The translations under genes and the position numbers were made by a program. 64,000 bases of DNA from an uncultured Gemmatimonadaceae bacterium (GTDB lineage: Bacteria; Gemmatimonadota; Gemmatimonadetes; Gemmatimonadales; Gemmatimonadaceae). Positions 45,329-55,169 of the stretch are shown in pieces; the stretch's first letter is position 1; every line of letters starts with the position of its first letter. Where the stretch lies: positions 92,160 through 156,159 of the forward strand of contig CAWJMB010000005.1 in NCBI GenBank assembly GCA_963843845.1. Direction: 5' to 3'. The notes beneath the pieces were generated by a model that had not been told where the DNA came from, searched no databases, and saw only the letters and a program-made list of their open reading frames with translations.

Positions 45329-46712
45329 TTACGGAATGAACGGTGGACGGCGGGCGGCGCCGGGCGCCTGGTTCTCCGGCGCCTTCTCGAGGTCGGCGCG
45401 CTCCTCGCGCGCGCGGCGCGGTCGGCGAGATCCTTCTGCCGGTCGAAGAACACCTCGCCGTCGATGATCGTCTTGTCGACGTTCGCGTAGACCGACAGCG
45501 GGTGCGCGGTGAAGATCGCGAGGTCCGCGTCCTTGCCGACCTCGATCGACCCGACGCGGTCCTGCACGCCGAGCTGCACGGCGCCGTTGTAGGTGATCGT
45601 CTTCAGCGCCTCGTCGTCGGTGAGGCCGCCGTAGCGCACGAGCTTCGCCGCGTCGATGTTGAGCCGCCGCATCCGCTCGTCGGAGTCGGAGTTGATCGTC
45701 GCGACGACGCCGTGGCGCATGCAGGATCGCCGATGTTGTACGGGATCGCGTCGTACGCCTCGATCTTGTACGACCACGAGTCGGCGAACGTCGAGAGCCC
45801 GGTCCCCGCCTGTGCGATCTCGGAGGCGATCTTGTACCCCTCGAGGCCGTGCTGCAGCGTCTTCACCGTGAAGCCGAACTCCTTCGCGAGCGTGAGGAGC
45901 ATCAGCGTCTCGTCGGCGCGGTAGCTGTGCGCGTGCACGAAGCGCTTGCCGTCGAGCACCTCGACGAGCGGCTCGAGCTCGAGGTCCCGGCGCGGCGCGA
46001 CGGCGGCGCGGTCGCCCTTCGCGACGCGGGCACGGTGGTCCTCCCACGACGCCTTGTAGTCGCGGGCGCGGGTGAACGCGTCGCGCAGCACCTCTTCCTG
46101 CCCCATGCGCGACGTCGGGTAGCGCGGTGCCCGCCCGCCCACGCCGGGGATCGAGATGTTCTGGCTGTTCTTGCGCGTGACGTTCTCGCCCAGCGCGAAC
46201 TTGATGCCCGGCGCCGCGCCGGTGAACACCATGTCGCTCGCGTCCCGCCCGTACTTGAGCTTCACGACCGCGTTCTGCCCGCCGATCGTGTTCGCCGAGC
46301 CGTGCAGCACGTTGATCGTCGTGACGCCGCCGGCGAGCCCGCGGTAGATGTTCGGAGTCTTCGGGGTTCAGCACGTCGGCGATGCGCACCATCGACGTCA
46401 CCGACAGCGACCCTTCGTTGATCGCGTCGGCCATCGTGTGCGAGTGCGGATCGATGATGCCGGGCATGACGAACTTGCCCGAGGCGTCGACGACCTCGCG
46501 CCGGCGGGGGCGGCGATGTTCTGGCCGATCTGGGCGATCTTGCCGTTGCGGACGAGGATGTCGGTGTTCTGGAGCGTTCCCTTCGTGACGGTGAGCACCG
46601 TCGCGTTCTTGATGAGCATCGAGCCGCGCGGCGTTGCCCGTCTGCGCCGCCTGCGCGGCGACGAGGCGACGGCCACGAGCAGGGCGCCGAGTGCGAGTGA
46701 GAGCTTCGTCAT
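45329..46712 (-). CDS. Amidohydrolase family protein, secreted, frameshifted
   Basis: MPGIIDPHSH, LHGSANTIGG, KFALGENV, HAHSYRADE, QHGLEGYK, INSDS, GSIEVGKDAD. Confidence 0.82.
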
Positions 46713-46738
46713 GGGAGTCGGACGCTGTTGAGGGAATG

Positions 46739-46817
46739 TTCGACAGAAGGGACGGAAGGGACAGGAGAACTGCACGAGCAGGGCACTCTCTTCGTCCCGT
46801 CCGTTCCTGCTGTCGAA
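46739..46817. repeat. Second copy of the 9-bp-unit palindromic element
   Basis: TTCGACAGAAGGG ACGGAAGGG ACAGG ... CCCGTCCGT TCCTGCTGTCGAA; perfect terminal inverted repeat TTCGACAG/CTGTCGAA. Confidence 0.65.
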
Positions 46818-46851
46818 AACACACCGCCGTTAGGCACTGGGTCATGTGACG

Positions 46852-48619
46852 TCACCGCTCCGGCGTCTGCGGGCGCGGCGTCCGGCCGGCGCCAGCGGGA
46901 CCGCTCGGGCGCGTGCCGCTGAAGTTCCCCGGATCCTGCCCGACGATCTGCAGGCGGCCGCGGAGCGCGTTCCCTTCGATGGTGCCGATGAACGTCGCCT
47001 CCTCGCTCCCTTCCTTCATCGTCACGGTCGCCGTGAAGCGGAACGCGCCGTCGGTGCCGACCGAGCCGTTCTTGATCTCGCTCGTGCCGAGCTCGCCCTG
47101 GAACGAGCCGGTGAGCCGCTCGCCGTCCTGCCGCAGCGTCAGCGTCACCGCGTACTGCGAGCCGCCGAGCGCGATGTTCGTCGTCCAGGTGCCGCTCGCC
47201 ATCGCCGGCGGCGTTCGCACCGGCCGCGTCGGCGGCAGGCGCGCGCGGCGTCACCGGCCGGCCGTCGATGAACAGCTGCGTCACGCGTCCGCCGCGACCC
47301 GGTAGGTCGCCGCGCTGATCGTGAGGTTCGCGATCTTGCCGACTTCGATCGACCCGACGCGGTCCGCGACGCCGAGGATCTCGGCGCTGCCCAACGTCAT
47401 GGCGCGGAGCGCCTGGTCGGCGGAGAGTCCCGTCCTCGACCGCCCGCTGCGCGTTGCCGAGGAAGTCGCTCCACGTCGAGAGGCCGCCCGACTCGAACGC
47501 GAACGTGACCCCCGCCTTCGCGAGCTGCCCCGGAGTCTTCGGCGCCTGCACGCGCTCGCGCAGCAGCCGCACCGGATCCGGATCGGCGTCGGCCGACGCG
47601 GCGGCCGCGCGGCGCGGGAAGTTGAGCGACAGCAGCACCGGGACGTTCGCCGCCTTGAGCTGGTCGGCGACTTCATAGGCCTCGCTGCCGCCGGCGACGA
47701 CGAGCTTGAGCCCGAACTCCTTCGCCAGCGCGAGCGCGCGCTCGATCTCGCGCTTCGTGCTCGCCTGCATGATGACCGGCTGCGTGCCGTTGACGACCGG
47801 AACGAGCGCCTCGAGCGACGCGTCGTACTCGGGGCGGCGCATGCCGCGCGGGTTCGTGCCGTAGGCGCGCTGCTCGTCGCGGTAGTGCTGCGCGTCGAGC
47901 AGCATCTGGCGCAGCGACGCGAACACGCCCATGAGCGAGTTCGGGTAGCCGCCGTTGCGCAGCGGCGTGAAGCCGACGTTCTGCGACACCGGCGCCTTCA
48001 CGACGAGCGACGTCGCGTCGCCGCTGCCGAGCGTCACGAACGCGCTCTGCCCCTGGAAGATGCCGCTCGACGGCGCCGTGAGCGCGGCGGTGATCCCCGC
48101 CGACTGCGGCCCGGCGAACGTCTCCGCGTCCACCTTCAGCTCGCCGACGGCGGTGACTTCCGGCTGGAGCCCGGCCGGGTAGTTCGAGTTGCGCGCCCCG
48201 GCCGCGTTCGCCTGCGGCTGTCCGCCGCCGAGCGCGGCGAGCATCGCGGCTGGCGCCCCGCCGCCGCCGGCGGCACCGCGCGCCTGCCCGCCCGCCGCGG
48301 TCATGCCGACCGAGCTGTACGCGTCGATCAGCCCCGGGTAGACTGTGAGGCCGGTGCCGTCGATGACGCGCGCGTCGGCCGGGGGCCGCACGGTCGCGCC
48401 GACGGCGGCGATGAGGCCGTCGCGCACGACGATCGTTCCCTTCTCGATCGCCGGCCCGGCGACCGGCACGAGGCGGGCGTTCGTGATGGCGTAGGTGGAC
48501 GGGATGGCGCGTTGGCTCGCGAGCTGCGCGCCGAGCGGGGCGACCAGCGGACCGGCGAGGGCGAGCGCCGAGCCGGCGACGAGCTGGCGCACGGCCAGCC
48601 GGTGGGTCAGGCGTGCCAT
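46852..48619 (-). CDS. Amidohydrolase family protein with extra C-terminal beta domain, frameshifted
   Basis: [39 protein letters not shown]-terminal domain in ORF 46852..47220. Confidence 0.8.
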
Positions 48620-48759
48620 AGAGGCGATGTCTCCTGCGGAGGGACTGGAGGGGAACGTTCCGACGTCTGTACGAGAGCGTCGGAGAAAACGTTAATCGAC
48701 GCGATGGCGGGGTACGGCGACGAGAGACCGGGGATGTCTGGGCATCCCCACCCATCCGC

Positions 48760-49831
48760 CTACACGGCCGCCTGCTCGAGAATCGCGAGCCCCGCGAGCA
48801 CGTCGTCGAGCGGCACGGGGGGCGGCGCACCGTCGCGGATCGCGGCGACGACGCCCGCGTAGAACTGCCGGTAGTCGCCGGCGAGCGTCGGCACCGAGCG
48901 AACGCCGTCGCGCGTGCCGAGCGTTCCCCACCGCTCGGGCGGCTCCCGGCCCCAGTCCGCACCGCCGAGCAGCGTGTCGACGTTCGACGCCGCGGCGGTG
49001 CCGTCGCGGCCGCCCAACGCGGCGAGCAGCGCGTGCTCCTGCGGGTCGAGCCCGTACTTGAGATACGTGCCGCCGCTGCCGTAGACACTGAAGCGCGGCC
49101 CCGACTGCGCCGCGACGCTGCTCATGACGAGCCGGCTCCGCACGCCGGTCGCGTGCGTCAGCAGCACCGTCACGTCGTCCTCGGTCACCGTTCCCGGCAG
49201 CCGACGGTCGAGCTCCGCGTAGACGTGCGTCACCGGCCCGCACAGCACGAGCGCCTGGTCGACGAGGTGCGCTCCCAGATCGAACAGCAGCCCCTCGCCG
49301 TGCGCCCGCGCGTCGGGCTCGGCCCAGCGCGGCTTCGTGGCGGCGCGCAACCGCTCGAAGCGCGACTCGAACCGGAAGAGGGTGCCTAAGCGATCCGTCG
49401 GCGACGAGCTGCCGAACGGTCTGGAAGTCTCCGTCCCACCGCCGGTTGTGAAACGGCAGCGCGAGCCGCCCCGCGCGCCGCGCGGCCTCCGCCACCTCCC
49501 GCCCCTGCGCGACGCTCGGCGCGAACGGCTTGTCGACGACGACGTGCAGCCCGGCGTGCAGCGCGGCGAGCGCGAGCGGCACGTGCGTCGCGTTCGGCGT
49601 CGAGACGACGACGAGGTCGTACGCGTCCGCGCGCGCCCACACCGCCTCCGCGCTCGCGAGCACGCGCACGCCCGGCAGCTCGCGCTCGGCGCGCGCGACG
49701 TACTCGGGGCGCGACGTGACGACCGCGTCGAGGCGCAGCCCCGGCGTGACGCGAATCCACGGCGCGTGAAAGACGCGCCCGCCGAGCCCGTAGCCGAGCA
49801 GCGCGACGCGGAGCGGGCCGGCGGGGCTCAG
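48760..49831 (-). CDS. Gfo/Idh/MocA oxidoreductase (YdgJ/IolW-like), frameshift near 49390; start approximate
   Basis: GYGLGGRVFHAP, STPNATH, HVVVDKPF, FHNRRWDGDF, DLGAHLVDQAL, KYGLDPQE. Confidence 0.85.
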
Positions 49832-50401
49832 GGGCGCCGGCCGCCGCGGAACGCGTTCCGCGCCGCCTCGCGCTGCTCGTCGAGCAGCTTGCCCGCCTTC
49901 TCCTTCTGCTCGTCGGTCAGCAGCGCGAGCAGCACCCCCGTCGCGTGCTCGTCGGCCGCGCGCATCTGGTCCACGACGTCGGCCATCGCGACGCGCGCGC
50001 CGAGGGCGTGCTGCCGCGCCTCGTCGGACACGCCGCTGCCGTTGCCGACCTCGCGGATGACCTTCTGCAGCGAGTCGACCCGCCTGTAGACCGGCGCGTG
50101 CTGCGTCGTCAGCTCGGCCGCCGCGGCCTCGAACTTCGCGGCCTGCTCGTCGCTCAGCGCGAGCTTCTTCCGGTTGTCGAGCAGCACGCGCACGACGCTC
50201 CGCTTCTCGAAGTCGCGCCCCGACGGCGCGCGCGCGTCGTCGGCCGACGACGACAGGTCGGGCGCCTTGCCGTAGCTGCCGCGCCCGCGCTGGGCGTGGG
50301 CGAGCGCGGGGGTCAGCGCCGCGGCGAGCGCTGCGGCGAGCGCCGCCGGCGGACAGCGTGGCGAGCGTGGCGACGGTGGCGGCGAGGCCGCCGGTGCACA
50401 T
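49828..50401 (-). CDS. Hypothetical exported helical protein (Spy/CpxP-like), frameshift in signal region
   Basis: Signal ending ALAHAQ; LALSDEQ and LLTDEQ (LTxxQ-like) motifs. Confidence 0.5.
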
Positions 50402-50579
50402 GGAGGGGAGCGAGTGGGTCGGAGGGGCGCGGCGGCGCCCGGCCATCATAGAGCCGGGAGCGCCCCGCGGCCAGACGGCGGCGATACGACGGCTCCGCGG
50501 CGGATCTCGCGCAATGCACGGCGGGCCGCACACCGACGTCCTGCCCGGTCGCCACCGACTCCGCCTCCGCCGTCCGCCC

Positions 50580-52012
50580 ATGCGTCCGCCGACCCTCCTC
50601 CCGCACGCCGCCCCGCGCCGCGCCCGCGTCGTCCTCGCCGCCGTCTGCGGCGCTCTCTGCGTCGCGCTCGCGGGGTGCTCCTCGGACGGCGGGGGCGGCA
50701 CGCCGGCGCCCCCCACCACCCCGACGACGCCGGCCACGCCGACGATCACGATGGCGCTCCTCCCTACCGGGATCACGCTGCAGCAGGAGGGCGCGGTGCC
50801 TCTTACGGAGCGGGGCACCGCCTCGCCGACCGCACGACGACGTTCACCGTCACCGTGCTCGCGCCGACCGGCACCGGCAACTCCGCCTCGACTTCTCGGC
50901 CGCGGCAGTGCCGCCCGGCGTGGATCGCCTACCAGGACGGCGCCGCCCCGTGGACCCGCCTCATGGGCACGAACGACGTCTACGCGTTCACGCTCGCCGC
51001 CCCGACCGGCGGCGTCGCGTGGGTCACGACGTCGGGGAGCAGCACCGCGCTGCAGGTGCGCCACCTCACGCGCGCCGAGGCGAGCGCGGCGCCGATCGTG
51101 TTCTGTCCGGCGCTCGCGGTCGGCACCAAGATCGTCACCGGCACGACGGCGGGGATCGTCGGCGGGCAGAGCGCGGCGATCACGCTCGGCGGCGCGTTCA
51201 CCTCGGCGCTGTCGCTCCTGCCGACGTTCGTCCTCCCGGGGATCCCGGCCGGCCCGCACGACCTCGTGGCGTACCGGCAGGGAAGCCCGCCGTCGACCGC
51301 CGACCGCGTCATCCTGCGGCGCGATCAGGACCCGACGAACGCCACCGCGCTCGCGACGCTCGACTTCGGCGGCGCCGAGGCGTTCGCGCCGGCGACGGCG
51401 GCGGTCACGCTCGCCGGCCTCGCGGCCGGAGAGGGGATCTCGCACACGATGTCGTACCTCACCGGCTCGTCGTGCGACGCGGCGCTGCTCTACACGACGA
51501 CCGCGCTCGCCGCGACGCACGCCGCGTTCGGCGTCCCCGAGGCGCGGCAGCGGCCGACCGACTACCACCTGCTCCGCCTCGACGCCGTCACGACGACGAC
51601 GAGCCGCTCGGTCAGCACGTCGTTCCACACGCTCGCCCCGCGGACCGTGACGCTCGGCGCCGCGCTCGGCACGCCGACGATCACGACGCTCGCCGGCGCC
51701 TACCTGCGGCTGCAGGCGTCGCTCGCCGTCCCCGCCGAGTACGGCGCGGGCGCGTCGCTGTACTACATCAAGACGGCGCCGGGAGCGCCGCAGTCGGTGA
51801 CGGTGAGCGCCACGCCGGGCTACGCCGGCGGCACGGCGGCGGCGCTCGTCACCCCGGACCTGTCGGGGGTGACCGGGTGGAGCGACTCGTGGGCGCCGCC
51901 GCCGGGGAGCGCGGTGCGGTGGACGATCACGGCGGCCGGCGGGAGCGGCGCCGCGACGGCGTGCGCCGAGGGGGCGCGGACGATCACCGCGGCGGTGCAG
52001 GGGCAGCGCTGA
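50580..52012 (+). CDS. Hypothetical Thr/Ala-rich lipoprotein, frameshifted
   Basis: Lipobox LAGC and Pro/Thr linker; body of the protein continues in ORF 50414..52012 (WIAYQDG..PW). Confidence 0.55.
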
Positions 52013-52097
52013 CGGCGCGGGGCGGACCGGGCGCGCATCGCGTCGAGCGCGCCGCGCACGCTTACGGCGTCGCGGCGCGCTCGATACGCTCCATGCC

Positions 52098-53388
52098 ATG
52101 CGCGCTTCCATCCTCCTCCTCCCGCTCGCGGCTGCCTCGCTCGCCGCGCAGCCCGTCCGCAAGGACCTCCCCGCGCCCGCCGACCCGGCGCGCGTCGCCG
52201 CCGACCCGACCGTGAAGCGCGCGCTCGACGCGATGCGCGCGACGAACGCGTGGACGCTCGAGCAGCAGGTCTCGATCTGCGAGATCCCGGCGCCGCCGTT
52301 CAAGGAGGCGGCGCGCGCCGCGGAGCTGAAGCGGCGCTTCGAATCGTTAGGCCTCGTGAACGTGCGCGTCGACCGCGAGGGGAACGTGTGGGGGGAGCGT
52401 CCGGGCAGCGGCGCCGGCCCGACGGTGCATCCTCACGGCGCACCTCGACACGGTGTTCCCCGAGGGCACCGACGTCCGCGTGAAGCGCGACTCGACCGCG
52501 GCGCGCGGCGCTTCGCCTCACCGCGCCCGGCATCGGCGACGACTGTCGCGGGCTCGCCGTGATCCTCGCCGACGGCCCGCGCGCTGCGCGACGCGAACGT
52601 GCGCACCGCGGGGCGCATCCTGTTCGTCGGCACGGTCGGCGAGGAAGGGCCGGGCAACCTGCGCGGCGTGCGCGCGATCTTCGCCTCGCCGATGAAGGAC
52701 TCGGTCGACTACTTCGTCTCCGTCGACGGCACCGGCCTCGGCGCTGACGAGCCGCGCGGTCGGCAGCACGCGCTACCGCGTCGCGTTCAAGGGCCCCGGC
52801 GGGCACAGCTACGGCGCGTTCGGCATGCCGAACCCGGCGCACGCGATGGGGCGCGCGATGGCGCGCATCGGCGACTTCCCGGTGCCGGCCAGCCCGAAGA
52901 CCACGTTCAACGTCGGCATCGTGAGCGGCGGCCAGACGGTGAACTCGATCCCGGCCGAGGTGACGATGGAGGTCGACCTCCGGAGCGAGTCGCCGCAGGA
53001 GCTCGCGCGGCTCGACCGGATGCTGCACGCCGCCGTCGACAGCGCCGTCGCCGCGGAGAAGGCGCGCTATCCGCGCTCCACGGTCCCGCTCGCCGCCACC
53101 TTCACGGACCTCGGCGTGCGCCCGGCGGCGGCGCAGCGCGACGACGCGCCGATCGTGGCCGCGGCCTTCGCGGCGGGCAAAGTCATCGGCTTCACGGCGG
53201 AGATGGCCGCGTCGAGCACGGACTCGAACATCCCGATGTCGTTAGGCATCCCCGCCATCACGCTCGACGGCGGCGGCGACGGCGGCGGCGCGCATTCGAT
53301 GGCCGAGTACTACACGGACGGCGCGCGCGGGTGGCTCGGGCCGCAGTGGGCCGCGCTCGTCGCGTTGTCGCTGGTCGGCGTGCGCTGA
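52098..53388 (+). CDS. Secreted M20/M25/M40 family metallopeptidase, frameshifted
   Basis: EIPAPPFKE, AHLDTVFPEG, TVGEEGPGNLRG, GPGGHSYGAFG, SSTDSNIP, AHS..E. Confidence 0.83.
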
Positions 53389-53445
53389 CACCGAGCACGG
53401 GGTCTCATCGCGCGGATGATCACCCCTTCTCGTGAATAGCTCGTC

Positions 53446-54048
53446 ATGCTAGACCTGCTGCGCCAGAACGCGTTCGAGATCGTCGCCGCGCTGTTCGGCG
53501 TCGTCAGCGTGTATCTGAGCACGCGCCAGAACGTCTGGAGCTGGCCGACGGCGATCGTGAACGTGCTGCTCTACGTCGATCGTGTTCTGGCGGGCCAAGC
53601 TCTACGCCGACATGGGACTGCAGTTCGTCTACGCGGCGCTGTCGGTCTACGGCTGGTACGAGTGGCTGCTACGGCGGCGCGAACCGCAGCGAGCTGCGCG
53701 TGTCGCGCACCGGGCGCCGCCTCGGACTGACACTCGCCGCCCTCGCCGCCGTCGCCGCGCTGTCCCTCGGCACCGCTCTTCGCCCGGCTGACGGACGCCT
53801 CGCTGCCGTTCGTCGATTCGGCCACGACGGCGACGAGCCTCGCGGCGCAGTGGATGATGACGCGCAAGCTGCTCGAGAACTGGCTCGTCTGGATCGCCGT
53901 CGACGTGGTCTACGTCGCGATGTTCGTGTACAAGGAGCTGTTCGTCACGGCCGCGCTCTACACCGTGTTTCTCGCGCTCGCCGTGGCCGGCTACCGCGAG
54001 TGGCGCGCCTCGCTCGCTCGTTCCCGCTCTGCACCGTCGGACTCATGA
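53446..54048 (+). CDS. pnuC: Nicotinamide riboside transporter PnuC family, frameshifted
   Basis: QNVWSWP, KLYAD..LQ..Y....YGWYEW, AQWMMTRKLLENWLVWIAVD. Confidence 0.82.
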
Positions 54049-55018
54049 CGTCGATCCGCTCGCTCTCGTTCGCGCTCGTCGCGGCCTCCGCCTCGCTCGC
54101 CGCCCCCGCGTTCGCGCAGGGCAGGACGCGCCGAGGACGCCCGCTCGCCGCCCGGCTGCCCGCCCCGCCCCCGCGGCTCCCCGGGCCGGCCCGGCCGTCA
54201 CCGCGGCGCAGGTGAATGTCGTGACCGACCTCGACGTCGCGTTCGCGAAGCAGGCGGCCGACGCGTCGTTCCGCGAGGCGCTGCTCGCCACCCTCGCCGA
54301 CGACGCCGTGCTCTTCCAGCCGCGGGCGATGTCGGGGCGCGTGTGGGCGTCGTCGGCGGCGGTCCCGGCCGGCCGCTTCACCTGGTCCCCGGCCTGGGCC
54401 GCGGTCGCCGCCGACGGCTCGATCGGCGTCACGTCGGGTCCGATCGCGTTCAGCCGCACTGGCCCCGACTCGTCGTCGACCGGGCAGTACGTGACGATCT
54501 GGACGCGGTTCGTGGCGCAGAGCCCACTCAAGGCGTTCCTGCACCTCATGCTTCCCGGCCCGCAGGCGTCGACGGTCGCCTACACGCCACACCTCCCCGC
54601 CGGCGACGGTCGCCCGCGCGGCGGCCCCGGCGCGATCGAGGCGAGCAAGGCGACGCTGTTCATCGCCGACCGCGGGCTCGCCGCCGCGATGAAGACCGAC
54701 GATCCCTCGGTGGCGCTGCCGCGCGTCGCGCTCCCCGACAGCCGCCTGCTCCGCGCCGGCGCGTTCCCGGTCGTCGGCCCCGACTCGATCCGCGCCGCGC
54801 TCGCCGCGACCGACGCCGGCCTCCGCATGGTCTGGCAGACGGCCGACGTCCGCATGGCCCGCTCCGGCGACCTCGGCTTCGCCTACGGCGTCTACGAGAA
54901 GCGCAACGCGGCGGAGGTCCCGGTCGAGGCGGGAAACTTCGTGCGCGTGTGGGAGCGGCAGCCCGACGGCGGGTGGCGCATCCTGCTCGACGCGGCGGCG
55001 CCGTTCGGGCGGCGGTAA
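54045..55018 (+). CDS. Exported tandem NTF2-like (DUF4440-like) protein, frameshift near 54150-54210
   Basis: Two repeats of the W.P....A.(D/S)G..G...G and G.(Y/F)V.(I/V)W pattern; ends WERQPDGGWRILLD. Confidence 0.7.
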
Positions 55019-55169
55019 GCGCTGCGCCGACGCGGCGCGTGTACTCAGGCAGACGCGAACGGAGCAACGCCCCGCCTCAGCGACGTGTCGAACGCACATG
55101 GCGCGTCTACCCGCCCCTTCGGGCACGCTGTACTATCGTCCTCATGATCCCTCGCGCCGGCTCGCCGCC

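Noticed and set aside
43953..54210. Programmed frameshifting or a pseudogene island
   Set aside because: Indels are scattered over unrelated genes without slippery motifs and with almost no nonsense codons; sequencing error is more parsimonious.
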